A stretch of DNA of 42,587 nt from Candidatus Kaiserbacteria bacterium RIFCSPHIGHO2_01_FULL_46_22 (GTDB lineage: Bacteria > Patescibacteriota > Minisyncoccia > Phycocordibacterales > UBA918): positions 5,618 through 48,204 of the forward strand of contig MFKO01000008.1 of NCBI GenBank assembly GCA_001779595.1. Reading direction: 5' to 3'. The stretch's first letter is position 1. Each line of letters starts with the position of its first letter. The notes under the pieces were generated by a model, which saw only the letters and a list, made by a program, of their open reading frames with translations, was not told the origin of the DNA and made no database searches. Position numbers and translations under genes: made by a program. Of this stretch, positions 6,874 through 16,295 are shown piece by piece.

Positions 6874-9057
6874 ATGCTGCCTTCTGACCCGCTTTCGAGA
6901 CACTTCCGAATTGATATTGCACATCAAAAAGCGCTTAAGCGACTCCACGTCGAGACCGTGGGCGAGCTGCTCTACCATTTGCCGGTACGTTACGAAGACG
7001 TAAGTGATATTCAGTCTGTACAAGGACTAGCCGTCGGCGGCGAGGCTGTAGTATATGGCCAACTTGGTGGACTCAAAGCGCGCAAAGCTTGGAAAAGTCG
7101 TCGCCCTATCGCCGAGGGATATCTAGAAGACGGCACAGCACGGATCAAGTTGATGTGGTTCAACCAGCCATATATCGCCAAGATGTATCGCGATGGACAA
7201 TACGTGAAGGCGGTAGGCAAAGTTACCGGCACGCCCGGCAAGGAATACATCGCCAATCCCGAACTCGAACCACTCGATCATTTGCCGATCGACCGTCACG
7301 ATTCAATTTTTAAAACCAGTAACAGCGAGGACACTATTTATCCTGTGTATCGTGAAAGCCAAGGTGTGACCAGCCGCTGGTTCTACCATACCGCAATTAA
7401 GTGCTTTGAATCCGGAGTACTCCAAAGTCTAAAGGACCCAATACCGGAAGAAATAAGAAAACGTTACAAGCTCTACCCCCTTGATACGGCACTCCGTTAT
7501 ATTCATTCACCAAAAAAACTCGAACACGCTGAAGGCGCCCGTAAACGTTTTGCTTTTGAAGAGGTTTTTCATATTCAAGTGGAAATGGCACGCCGTCGGG
7601 CAGCCATCAGCGCCGCAACAACCTACGAGATCAATTCAGGCGAGGATCACGTGCGTGAATTTGTTGAACGCTTTCCTTTCAAACTGACCACGGCGCAAAG
7701 CAAAGCCATCAAAGAAGTCCTGCAGGATTTCAAAAGACCACACGCTATGTCACGCTTACTGGAAGGTGATGTCGGTAGCGGCAAGACGGCAGTAGCGGCA
7801 ACGACCGCGTACGCTGTTGCTGTCAGTCGCCCGCCCGAAGGCAAGTCAGCTGGAGAACGTGGCGGTCTAGAGTACGGCAACCTACAAGTTGCTTATATGG
7901 CTCCGACAGAAATTCTGGCCAAACAACACTTTGAAAGTTTTATTCAATATTTTTCACACCTACCGGTCCAGATCGGACTAATTACCGGTAGCGGCTGTTA
8001 CAAATTTCCTTCTAAGTCGGACCCTCGAAAACCAACCAAAATATCCCGCACGCAACTCTTGAAGTGGGTAAAAAATGGAGAAATCCCAATTCTGATTGGT
8101 ACTCACGCTCTTATTTATAAGAGCGTGGAGTTCAAGCATTTAGCCTACGTCATAATTGACGAACAACATCGCTTTGGCACCAACCAGCGCAAAGCCCTCA
8201 CTAAAAAAGGCGCTCCCTTGCCACACCTTTTGTCGATGACAGCCACGCCGATCCCTCGCACTCTTTCATTGACCATTTATGGCGACCTAGATATCACATT
8301 GCTAGACCAAATGCCGGCTGGTCGCAAGGCAGTGATCACAAAGATTATTGGTCCTCAACAACAAGCGCCAATGTATGAGCATGTTAAGACCGAACTTAAG
8401 TCCGGTCGGCAAGCCTATGTTATTTGTCCTCGTATCAACGAGCCTGACCCAGAAAAAGAAAACGCCCTCAACTTAAAAAGCGTCGTCGCTGAAGCCGAGC
8501 GACTGCAGCGTGACATTTTTCCTAATACCAGAATCGACGTACTACACGGGAAAATGACCCCGACCGAAAAGGATAAGGTGATGGCCAGATTTTTGGCTCA
8601 TGAAAGCGACATCTTGGTAGCTACCTCGGTAGTGGAGGTCGGCGTTAACGTGCCAAACGCCACCAACATTATCATTGAAGGCGCCGAGCGGTTCGGCCTT
8701 TCTCAACTCCACCAATTGCGCGGTCGTGTCATTCGCGGCACCTACCAGCCGTACTGTTTTGCGGTCACAGAATCAAAAAGTGAAAAAACCCGCGACCGCT
8801 TAAAGGCTCTCATTACTGCTAAAAATGGTTTTGAACTTTCTGAATACGATTTACAATTCCGCGGCGCCGGCGAACTCTACGGCGGCAAACAGTCCGGTCT
8901 CTCCGATCTTGGAATGGAAGCGATTAAAAATCTGAAGCTGGTTGAAGCAGCTCGAAACGAAGCCCGTAACTTAGTGGAGAAAAACCCTGACCTATCCAAT
9001 CACCCACAAATCAAAGACCGTCTGGCCAAAATCGACCAGTCTCTACATATGGAATGA
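6874..9057 (+). CDS. recG: ATP-dependent DNA helicase RecG
   Basis: Wedge domain WFNQPY, GDVGSGKT, MAPTEILA, IIDEQHRFG, MTATPIPRT, AERFGLSQLHQLRGRV. Confidence 0.96.
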   Translation: MLPSDPLSRHFRIDIAHQKALKRLHVETVGELLYHLPVRYEDVSDIQSVQGLAVGGEAVVYGQLGGLKARKAWKSRRPIAEGYLEDGTARIKLMWFNQPYIAKMYRDGQYVKAVGKVTGTPGKEYIANPELEPLDHLPIDRHDSIFKTSNSEDTIYPVYRESQGVTSRWFYHTAIKCFESGVLQSLKDPIPEEIRKRYKLYPLDTALRYIHSPKKLEHAEGARKRFAFEEVFHIQVEMARRRAAISAATTYEINSGEDHVREFVERFPFKLTTAQSKAIKEVLQDFKRPHAMSRLLEGDVGSGKTAVAATTAYAVAVSRPPEGKSAGERGGLEYGNLQVAYMAPTEILAKQHFESFIQYFSHLPVQIGLITGSGCYKFPSKSDPRKPTKISRTQLLKWVKNGEIPILIGTHALIYKSVEFKHLAYVIIDEQHRFGTNQRKALTKKGAPLPHLLSMTATPIPRTLSLTIYGDLDITLLDQMPAGRKAVITKIIGPQQQAPMYEHVKTELKSGRQAYVICPRINEPDPEKENALNLKSVVAEAERLQRDIFPNTRIDVLHGKMTPTEKDKVMARFLAHESDILVATSVVEVGVNVPNATNIIIEGAERFGLSQLHQLRGRVIRGTYQPYCFAVTESKSEKTRDRLKALITAKNGFELSEYDLQFRGAGELYGGKQSGLSDLGMEAIKNLKLVEAARNEARNLVEKNPDLSNHPQIKDRLAKIDQSLHME

Positions 9058-9069
9058 TATAATTGGCCA

Positions 9070-9804
9070 ATGTTTGATGTAATTCTTCGTGCTTGTAGAC
9101 ATCCGATCTTATACAGCGGTGTCCGTCGTATCACCACCCTCACTTTTAAAGAAAAAATTCACGAAACGGGCGATATCTATTCATTTATATTTACTGCCGC
9201 CAACCTGCCGAGCTGGCAGGCCGGTCAACATTCTATTTTTACTATTCCTGCACGACCTGTTGAAGGGAAAACGTGGCGACCCTTCTCAGTAGCTTCGTCA
9301 CCACACGAAAATGAAATAAGAATCGGCACAATAGTCAGCGCCGAACCAAGCAGTTTTAAACATCATCTTTCAACCCTCAATCCTGGTGACAAGATTCGTA
9401 TGTTTGGTCCATATGGCGAGTTGTACATTACTAAAAAAATGCGCCACGTCGTTGGCGTAGCTGGTGGTATTGGCATCACGCCGTTTCGTTCTATCATCGC
9501 TGACTTGGCCAAAAATCCAACTGATACAAAACTTACCCTGATCTATTCCGCGCGCGAAGGACAACACGCCTATCGTGGAGACTTGGAAAAATGGCGGGAA
9601 CAAAATCCAAACATCGAAATCATCTACACTACTACTCCGGAAGAAGTAAACGCTGAACTAGCGAAGCAAGTTGAAGCATACAAGAATGATGCCCATTACC
9701 TACTTTCTGGTCCACCCAAGATGATTGAGGCGTTGTGCTCTAAGTTGTCTGAATCAGGAATCGCAAAAGATCATGTTCTGAATGATCCATTCAAGGGTTA
9801 CTAA
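9070..9804 (+). CDS. FAD/NAD(P)-binding ferredoxin reductase-family oxidoreductase
   Basis: RPFSVAS, GPYG, AGGIGITPF, LIYSAR, SGPPKM, C-terminal F.GY. Confidence 0.88.
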   Translation: MFDVILRACRHPILYSGVRRITTLTFKEKIHETGDIYSFIFTAANLPSWQAGQHSIFTIPARPVEGKTWRPFSVASSPHENEIRIGTIVSAEPSSFKHHLSTLNPGDKIRMFGPYGELYITKKMRHVVGVAGGIGITPFRSIIADLAKNPTDTKLTLIYSAREGQHAYRGDLEKWREQNPNIEIIYTTTPEEVNAELAKQVEAYKNDAHYLLSGPPKMIEALCSKLSESGIAKDHVLNDPFKGY

Positions 9805-9841
9805 AAAGAAAAGGCCAGACAGTATGTCTGGCCTTTTCTTT
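9805..9841. terminator. Bidirectional terminator
   Basis: AAAGAAAAGGCCAGACA-GTA-TGTCTGGCCTTTTCTTT. Confidence 0.8.
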
Positions 9842-9846
9842 ATCAG

Positions 9847-9920
9847 TCCGCCCTCTTGGACTCGAACCAAGGACCACAGAGGTATAAGCTCTGTGCTCTA
9901 ACCAACTGAGCTAAGGGCGG
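9847..9920 (-). tRNA. tRNA-Ile(TAT), CCA not encoded
   Basis: CCGCCCT/AGGGCGG acceptor, A73, D arm GCTC-AGTTGGTTA-GAGC, anticodon arm CAGAG-CT-TAT-AC-CTCTG, CTTGG-TTCGAGT-CCAAG. Confidence 0.9.
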
Positions 9921-10023
9921 ATCGCATAACTTTATAGCAAAGACGGTATCTGTGCAAAACTAAGCAGTAAAGCTCTAGAGACTGCTATGCTAATTAGTAA
10001 TATTAAAGGTTTAATTTAAATCA

Positions 10024-10437
10024 ATGAGTCAAAAAACTCTACGGGAAATAGCTAAGTTTGCGAGCGGACTGGTAGCAGCTGATTTGGCAACCACTATATG
10101 GTTTGCCTACAGTGGACTGCTACCTCTAACATCGTTTGGCATTACTTTTGATGAAGCGATGATCTGGCCAGCGATTATTTTTGATGCGGCCCTTCTCACT
10201 GTGCTAGTTCATTACAGCTGGCACATTGGTAAAATCCCAGCCCTTCGCGAACGCAGTTACTTGATGATTGCCGGCATAATCTTTGGCGTGATTGCCGCGG
10301 CGCACTTTGCCCGTATCCTCTTCCAAATCGACTTTGCTATTATGGACTGGACTGCACCGCACTGGCTATCATGGATCGCCGTCTTGGTAACAACCTATCT
10401 TTGCTATATGAGCTTCCGTTTGGCAGTAAGACGCTAA
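10024..10437 (+). CDS. Hypothetical membrane protein (about 4 TM)
   Basis: 137-aa ORF with four hydrophobic segments, followed by a terminator. Confidence 0.75.
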   Translation: MSQKTLREIAKFASGLVAADLATTIWFAYSGLLPLTSFGITFDEAMIWPAIIFDAALLTVLVHYSWHIGKIPALRERSYLMIAGIIFGVIAAAHFARILFQIDFAIMDWTAPHWLSWIAVLVTTYLCYMSFRLAVRR

Positions 10438-10451
10438 GAACTGGAAAATCT

Positions 10452-10493
10452 TAAACAAACGGCGCGGGCCAAAAGGCCCGCGCCGTTTGTTTA
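10452..10493. terminator. Terminator / GCGCGGGCC palindrome family
   Basis: 19-bp perfect stem with AAAA loop; the core recurs at 29279-29319 and 37004-37038. Confidence 0.75.
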
Positions 10494-10560
10494 TTGCGTT
10501 TGCCCAATAAGCCGCTATACTGCCCCGCGGACTGAAACAACACAAACAAGGAGACGTGTC

Positions 10561-11493
10561 GTGGATCTTTCAAAAATACAGAGAACAATAAAGGGCGTGA
10601 CCATCCCTTCGGTTATGGTCGGGGGCGGAGTTGCAAAAACTACCGAGCACCTAGACCAATATACTCAGACCGAAACGTTGGCAGAATGGGGCTCGTTTAC
10701 CAAAGAAGAAAAGGTTGGAAATGGTGGGCGCGACTACTACGCACACTATCGTGGTGGAGAATTGCAATTCGCCTTGAATTCGATCGGACTTACCAATCCT
10801 GGTATTGAATATGCCAAGAGAAATTCTCGAGAAATGATCAATCGGTACGCAGACCACGGAAAACCTCTGATCCTCAACATCTCCGGTGAAGGCGTTCAGG
10901 ATTCCTTGGAGTTGCTGCAGAAGGCAGTGGAGTACAGATTTCCTATAGTCACTGCGAATGCTGCTTGCCCCAATGTAGAAAGCGGTGGAAGTCGGCCGAT
11001 GCCGGTCATGTGCTTTGACATTGATGCTATGCAACAGTTCATCATCCGGGCCGATGCAAAGATAGGCAGCACCGACAATGTGATCATGCTCAAGGTTTCG
11101 ACCGGCCTACCTCTACTGACTTTGAAACAGATATGTGAAACACTTAAGGGTACCTCTGCTTTCTCGGGAATCATCACGGGCAACACCGTACCTGGTGGTT
11201 TCCACTATCTGGAAGACGGCCAGACGGCTATCAAGACCCGGACCGGTATCGAAGTTGGTGGCATGAGCGGGCCTGCCATCAAACCGTTGGCACTCTCACA
11301 GACCAAATTCGCCGCTGACTTTTTCGGCGCAAACAAGGAAGTGTGGCACTGCGGTGGCATCATGAATGCTGATGACTGCCATGACGCCTTTCGCGCAGGC
11401 GCATCGGCTGTCCAACTCGTGACCGGATTCATAGAAGCAGGTCAGAAGCCCGAGTTCATCCGGGACATACTTGTCGATCTCGCGAATGACTGA
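10561..11493 (+). CDS. pyrD: Dihydroorotate dehydrogenase (family 1-like, divergent)
   Basis: NSIGLTNPG, LILNISG, NAACPN (catalytic Cys), GNT, GGMSGPAIKPLAL, CGGI, GASAVQL; AAGGAG SD; adjacent to pyrC. Confidence 0.85.
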   Translation: MDLSKIQRTIKGVTIPSVMVGGGVAKTTEHLDQYTQTETLAEWGSFTKEEKVGNGGRDYYAHYRGGELQFALNSIGLTNPGIEYAKRNSREMINRYADHGKPLILNISGEGVQDSLELLQKAVEYRFPIVTANAACPNVESGGSRPMPVMCFDIDAMQQFIIRADAKIGSTDNVIMLKVSTGLPLLTLKQICETLKGTSAFSGIITGNTVPGGFHYLEDGQTAIKTRTGIEVGGMSGPAIKPLALSQTKFAADFFGANKEVWHCGGIMNADDCHDAFRAGASAVQLVTGFIEAGQKPEFIRDILVDLAND

Positions 11494-11607
11494 ACATATC
11501 GGTAGGGCGGCCTCCGGCCGCCCTACCCTCAAACCTACAACTTCCCATATGGGAGGTTTTTTGTTATGTTTGCCGCTGACTGCAATCTTGAAAGAAGGAG
11601 AACGACG

Positions 11608-12708
11608 ATGGAAGTAAAAAGATACACGAACAACACGATCGCCGAAATAGAATTGCCTAGGCCGTTCGACGGACACGGACACCCACGCAGAGACGAACTT
11701 CTCCGCTTGGTTGGACCAATGATGGCCAAACGCTTCGCCTCCGGCATCGTAATGCCGAATACCAAGCCGCCCATCACCAGTCGTCTGGTCGCGAGCGAGT
11801 ATCGTGACGACATTCTGCACAGCACTGATCACAGGTTTTCGCCGCTCATGACCCTGTATCTGACTGACACGCTCGACCCCGCTGAACTGAACGAGATGCG
11901 CACGTGGGGTATCTACGGGGTCAAGTACTATCCCAAAGGTCTCACGACCAACAGCGACAGTGGTGTTTTTAGCCCTTCGTCGTTGTGGACTCCTGGTACC
12001 AACGCCTTCAATGTCTTGCGCAAGCTGGCTGAAGAAGGCGGAGTCCTGTTGTTGCATGCCGCCGACGGTTTCGACAAGAACAACAATGAGCTGGATCCTT
12101 ATGACCAGGAACCCCACTTCATAAGGGAGTCGTTACCACGAGTCAAGGATGCACACCCTGACCTGAAAATCTCGGTGGAGCATCTATCTACGGCGGTCGG
12201 TGCTGAATTTATGTTCAAAAATGGTGGCTACAAACTCGGCTGCTCGATCACCCTCCACCACCTCACCAAGGATCGTCGCGACGTTTTTCGCGGCGGATTT
12301 CGTCCACACCTTATGTGGTGGCCGATCATCCAACCGGCCGAACACAAGGAAGCAATCCAAGCACTGGCAATTGCTGACAAACGGTTTGTCTGGCTCGGCA
12401 CGGACTCGGCACCCCACCCTGTCTCGAGCAAGCGGGCCGATTGCTGTATGGGTGGCGTGCTCACCCACCACATGGCCCTTGAAGGCTATGTGGAGGCATT
12501 CGAAGATCTCGGAGCTCTCGACGACCGCTTCGAACGGTTTGCCAGCATCAACGGCCCGAAGTTCTTTGGCTTTCCGCCCAGCATAAAAACTATCACGTTG
12601 GTCCGTGAAGACTGGACGGTCAAAAATTCATACCTGACCGAAGGTCTTCAAGAAGAAATCATTCCGTTTCGCTACGGCGAAACCATGCGCTGGAAGATCC
12701 AAGACTAA
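11608..12708 (+). CDS. pyrC: Dihydroorotase (type II, E. coli-like)
   Basis: DGHGHPR, VMPN, MTLYLT, VKYYPKGLTTNS, EHLST, LGTDSAPH, FASINGPKF; start placed at ATG 11608 after an AAGGAG SD. Confidence 0.9.
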   Translation: MEVKRYTNNTIAEIELPRPFDGHGHPRRDELLRLVGPMMAKRFASGIVMPNTKPPITSRLVASEYRDDILHSTDHRFSPLMTLYLTDTLDPAELNEMRTWGIYGVKYYPKGLTTNSDSGVFSPSSLWTPGTNAFNVLRKLAEEGGVLLLHAADGFDKNNNELDPYDQEPHFIRESLPRVKDAHPDLKISVEHLSTAVGAEFMFKNGGYKLGCSITLHHLTKDRRDVFRGGFRPHLMWWPIIQPAEHKEAIQALAIADKRFVWLGTDSAPHPVSSKRADCCMGGVLTHHMALEGYVEAFEDLGALDDRFERFASINGPKFFGFPPSIKTITLVREDWTVKNSYLTEGLQEEIIPFRYGETMRWKIQD

Positions 12709-12715
12709 ACGACGA

Positions 12716-12750
12716 AGGCCCCGGTGCGCAAGCGCACCGGGGCCTATTTT
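12716..12750. terminator. Terminator between convergent pyrC and ftsH
   Basis: AGGCCCCGGTGCGC-AA-GCGCACCGGGGCCT. Confidence 0.7.
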
Positions 12751-12769
12751 AATTTTGAATTCAACCTAA

Positions 12770-14779
12770 CTACTGAACCTCTTCGCTACCGCCAATCGCG
12801 ATACCTTTTGTTGGATCCGCCAAACCTTGTTCCTGAAGCCGAGCATCACGATAAACATCTTGAATCTCAACTCCTTCGGCTTTCAAGATACCTTCATACT
12901 CCTCACGCTCCAGTGTCTCCACTTCGATCAAGCGTTTAGAAATAGCATCGAGAGCAGCGCGGTGCTTTGTTAGAACCTCGCGAGCGGTTTCCATTCCAGT
13001 TGAAATCAAAAGTGATACTTCTTCATCAATTGCTTTTGCAACATCCGGAGAATAACCGCGATCCTCACCTACGCCACCACCAATCAAACGTCCGCCAGAA
13101 CCTTCGAGCGCCACTGGACCAAGCCGTTCACTCATACCGTACTTGGTGACCATATCGCGTGCCAAGTTGGCAACGACTTGTAGATCGTTCGACGGACCCG
13201 TGGTCAAGTCACTGAAAACCATCTGTTCTGCTACATAACCACCGAGTGTCATCGCAATATCATCGATGAACTCCTTTTTGGAATGCATCTTACGATCTTC
13301 GTCCGGCAATTTGAGAGTATAACCGGCCGCTCGTCCACGTGAGATGATCGAAATCTTCTGCACTGGGTCTGCATAAGGCAAAACCGAAGCGACCAAAGCG
13401 TGTCCAGCTTCGTGGTACGCAGTAACTTCTCTTTCTTTCTTAGACAACAAGTGACTCTTGCGTTCTGGACCAAGCATTACCTTCTCAATCGAACGGATGA
13501 TATCAAACTGCGCCACTGTCTTTCGCTCTTCGCGGGCAGCTAAGATAGCAGCTTCGTTCATTAGAGATTGCAGATCTGCTCCCGAGAAGCCAGGGGTGCG
13601 GGTAGCAATCACTTCTAGATTTACATCATCAGCTAAAGGCTTCTTGCGCGCGTGAATTCCGAGAATAGCTTGACGATCATCGCGATCAGGCAAGTCGATA
13701 GTAACGCGTCGGTCAAAACGGCCCGGGCGAACCAACGCCGGATCAAGCACGTCAGGTCGGTTGGTTGCCGCCATCACGATCACTTTCTCAGAAGGTTCAA
13801 AACCATCCATCTCAACCAAAATTTGGTTTAGAGTCTGTTCACGTTCGTCATTGCCGCCGCCGATACCAGTGCCGCGGATACGTCCAACAGCATCGATCTC
13901 GTCAACGAAAATAATAGCTGGTGCCGCTCGCTTTGCCATCTGGAAAAGATCACGCACACGCGAAGCACCGACTCCAACAAACATCTCAACGAATTCAGAA
14001 CCAGAGATCGAGAAGAAAGGCACGCCAGCCTCCCCTGCCACAGCACGAGCCAAAAGAGTTTTACCAGTACCAGCCGGACCCATTAGAAGCACGCCCTTCG
14101 GAATCTCTGCGCCGATATCAAGAAACTTTTTTGGATTCTTAAGGAAATCTACAATCTCTTCGAGTTCTTGCTTGGCTTCTTTAGCGCCAGCAACATCTTT
14201 AAAAGTCACCTTCTGTGACTGATCGGCTGGATCAATCACGCGTGCTTTAGACATTCCGAAGTTCAATGCCTGCATACCTGCGCCACGCACTGAGCGGGTG
14301 AAGAACCAAATAATGATTAGGAGAAAAAGAATCGGGAAAAGAAATGGAGCAAACGTGGCCAGATAGTACCCAAAGCCAGTTTCATTCTTTACATCTATTG
14401 AAACCGCAGCGAGTTCGTTGTGACCAACACCGAGATTAGTAAGAGTTTCAGTGACAGAAGAATCATTTTCCTTCTTTCCTTCTGCTTTGGATTTACTTTC
14501 GTCCTTATAACTAACCTCCAACTTGCTGCCACGCACGACAATTTCTTTGACCGAGCCAGCTTTCACGTCGGCCGCGATCTGCGAAAGCGAAATTTCCTGT
14601 ACTTCTTCCTTTTTCTCAGCAAAATACGAGTAGGCCGCGACCACTAGCATCAAGACCAATACGGTCGAGAGCATGTTGTTCCAAAAGTTACCCGGCCCGA
14701 CTGACATTTTCTTCATTAATCCGCTAGGACCACGTCCTCTGCTTTCTTTCTTCTTTCCTTTAATTTTTTTCTCGCTCAT
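12770..14779 (-). CDS. ftsH: ATP-dependent zinc metalloprotease FtsH
   Basis: Two TMs, [29 protein letters not shown]. Confidence 0.97.
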   Translation of the reverse strand: MSEKKIKGKKKESRGRGPSGLMKKMSVGPGNFWNNMLSTVLVLMLVVAAYSYFAEKKEEVQEISLSQIAADVKAGSVKEIVVRGSKLEVSYKDESKSKAEGKKENDSSVTETLTNLGVGHNELAAVSIDVKNETGFGYYLATFAPFLFPILFLLIIIWFFTRSVRGAGMQALNFGMSKARVIDPADQSQKVTFKDVAGAKEAKQELEEIVDFLKNPKKFLDIGAEIPKGVLLMGPAGTGKTLLARAVAGEAGVPFFSISGSEFVEMFVGVGASRVRDLFQMAKRAAPAIIFVDEIDAVGRIRGTGIGGGNDEREQTLNQILVEMDGFEPSEKVIVMAATNRPDVLDPALVRPGRFDRRVTIDLPDRDDRQAILGIHARKKPLADDVNLEVIATRTPGFSGADLQSLMNEAAILAAREERKTVAQFDIIRSIEKVMLGPERKSHLLSKKEREVTAYHEAGHALVASVLPYADPVQKISIISRGRAAGYTLKLPDEDRKMHSKKEFIDDIAMTLGGYVAEQMVFSDLTTGPSNDLQVVANLARDMVTKYGMSERLGPVALEGSGGRLIGGGVGEDRGYSPDVAKAIDEEVSLLISTGMETAREVLTKHRAALDAISKRLIEVETLEREEYEGILKAEGVEIQDVYRDARLQEQGLADPTKGIAIGGSEEVQ

Positions 14780-14827
14780 AGAACCGAATTATACAGAAAG
14801 ACCTTATTTTTGCTATATTTAGTGACA

Positions 14828-15274
14828 ATGACAGATTACGTCAGAAACAAAAAAGTCACTCTCAACTTTGAACTCCTGGACCTATTTGAGGCGGGAGCAG
14901 TTTTACTTGGTACAGAAGTTAAATCGATTCGCCAAGGGCAAGGTAAACTTGATGGTTCGCATGTGGTCGTGCGTGGTGGCGAAGTCTATCTAGTTGGCGC
15001 CTCAATTCCGCCATTTCAAAAAGCCAACGCCCCGACCGATTACGACAACGAACGTGTCCGCAAACTACTGCTTTCTAAGAAAGATATCCTCAAGCTTTAT
15101 AATGAAAGTGAGAAGAAGGGCTTGACAATAGTGCCAATTAGGTGGTACAATACTGGAAGCAAATTGAAGCTCGAAATAGCTGTTGCGAAGGGTAAAAAGA
15201 AACACGATAAACGTGATACCATCAAACAACGCGACACCAAACGCGAGATCGAGAGAACATTGAAAACTCAATAA
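14828..15274 (+). CDS. smpB: SsrA-binding protein SmpB
   Basis: NKK...FEAGAVLLGTEVKSIR, RKLLL, GLTIVP, GKKKHDKR; start ATG 14828 after TGCTATATT; tmRNA nearby. Confidence 0.95.
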   Translation: MTDYVRNKKVTLNFELLDLFEAGAVLLGTEVKSIRQGQGKLDGSHVVVRGGEVYLVGASIPPFQKANAPTDYDNERVRKLLLSKKDILKLYNESEKKGLTIVPIRWYNTGSKLKLEIAVAKGKKKHDKRDTIKQRDTKREIERTLKTQ

Positions 15275-15608
15275 ATTGACTATTCAAAGGTGTGATCATG
15301 GGGACCACATCAAACTGGAGGAATGAAATGCCTAACAAAGACGGGAAGTTAGTCGTTTTCGGAGATGAGTTCGACCCGGCGGTGATCGAGAATCACCCAC
15401 TGGCGTCAAAAAACAGGGTGCGCTTGGCCAAGAACCAGATCGATGCCATTATGGCAGATCTGAATCCTGACCAAATCGCCGAACTTCGCCAAGAGCTCCG
15501 CGACAAGGAGCTCAATGACTGGCTCGAGGTGATCATCACCGTTCACTGAAATGTTCTTCGGCGGACGCATTAGCTAATGCGTCCGCCTCACCTTTGAGTA
15601 GTCAATTT
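15273..15608 (+). other. Inverted-repeat-bracketed mini-cassette 1
   Basis: IR 15273-15292 / 15589-15608 (19/20, one G-T); encloses ORF 15328-15549 and a 28-bp perfect palindrome at 15560-15587. Confidence 0.7.
15328..15549 (+). CDS. Hypothetical protein (73 aa, MPNKDGKLVVFGDEF...)
   Basis: GGAGG SD before ATG 15328; hairpin after the stop. Confidence 0.6.
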   Translation: MPNKDGKLVVFGDEFDPAVIENHPLASKNRVRLAKNQIDAIMADLNPDQIAELRQELRDKELNDWLEVIITVH

Positions 15609-15612
15609 CAAA

Positions 15613-15863
15613 ATGGAAAAATGAAAGGTGTGTTAATGAGAACGCACAGGGAGGGTTGTGATGTCTGAAGATAAAAAAGACAACAACGAACAAGTTAGGT
15701 TTTTAGGTCGCTTAGTTGATCTAAAACAACTGGTTAGTGAAAACTTTTGGTTCATCCGAGTCAGCAACGCAAAAGGAGCGCCAAAAACGCTGATTAACCT
15801 CAAGTACCCAACCATTCGGCGGACAGATCCTTGATCTGTCCGCCATACCTTTCAGTTTTTCAT
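15613..15863 (+). other. Inverted-repeat-bracketed mini-cassette 2
   Basis: IR 15613-15632 / 15844-15863 (17 WC, 2 G-T, 1 mismatch); encloses ORF 15661-15834 and hairpin 15818-15844. Confidence 0.65.
15661..15834 (+). CDS. Hypothetical protein (57 aa, MSEDKKDNNEQVRFLGRLVDL...RRTDP)
   Basis: GGGAGG SD before ATG 15661; below the ORF-track cutoff; stop lies inside the GGCGGAC hairpin. Confidence 0.55.
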   Translation: MSEDKKDNNEQVRFLGRLVDLKQLVSENFWFIRVSNAKGAPKTLINLKYPTIRRTDP

Positions 15864-15908
15864 CCTCTGCACTTCCCCGAATACTTTCAAGCTACTTGAA
15901 AGTATTCG

Positions 15909-16295
15909 GGGGATGACAGGCATCGACGGTTTGCCCGGTTCATCTGCGCAATGCCGAAGTTGAATGGGACTTCGCTAAAACTCATTCATCTGTACGTGCA
16001 AACAAAAGCGTACCAAGCCCGTTTGCATACGGGTTCGCCTTCGCTCGAGCTTAAATTTTAGCTCGCGACTGGCGACGCCGCGTTACCTGACGTTTGATAA
16101 GGTAATGTCGGTGGAATAGCCATCGAACTCTAGATAATTGGTTTGTTCCTCCAATTATCCAAAATGTTAGGAACTGCTCGTCTGAAGGTTTTGCCTACTT
16201 TTCCACTTCAGACGCTAAGATCTAAACTAGGCTATGCATTGTAGACTCAGCTGGATCGACATTCTCGGACGGCGGTTCAATTCCGCCCATCTCCA
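15909..16295 (+). ncRNA. ssrA: tmRNA; predicted tag (A)ANKSVPSPFAYGFAFARA
   Basis: 5' GGGGATG pairs with 3' CATCTCC-A including G3-U; GGCATCGAC D-loop analogue; GGACGGCGGTTCAATTCCGCC T arm; tag frame GCA(15998)...TAA(16054); close to smpB. Confidence 0.93.

Noticed and set aside
11296-12117. 273-aa minus-strand ORF and other antisense ORFs in the track
   Set aside because: They are shadows of well-supported genes and show no motifs.
15290-15848. Group II intron (GTGTG...AC ends) or retron ncRNA
   Set aside because: The units are only 220-300 nt, with no domain V and no reverse transcriptase; the ends are explained by the inverted repeats.
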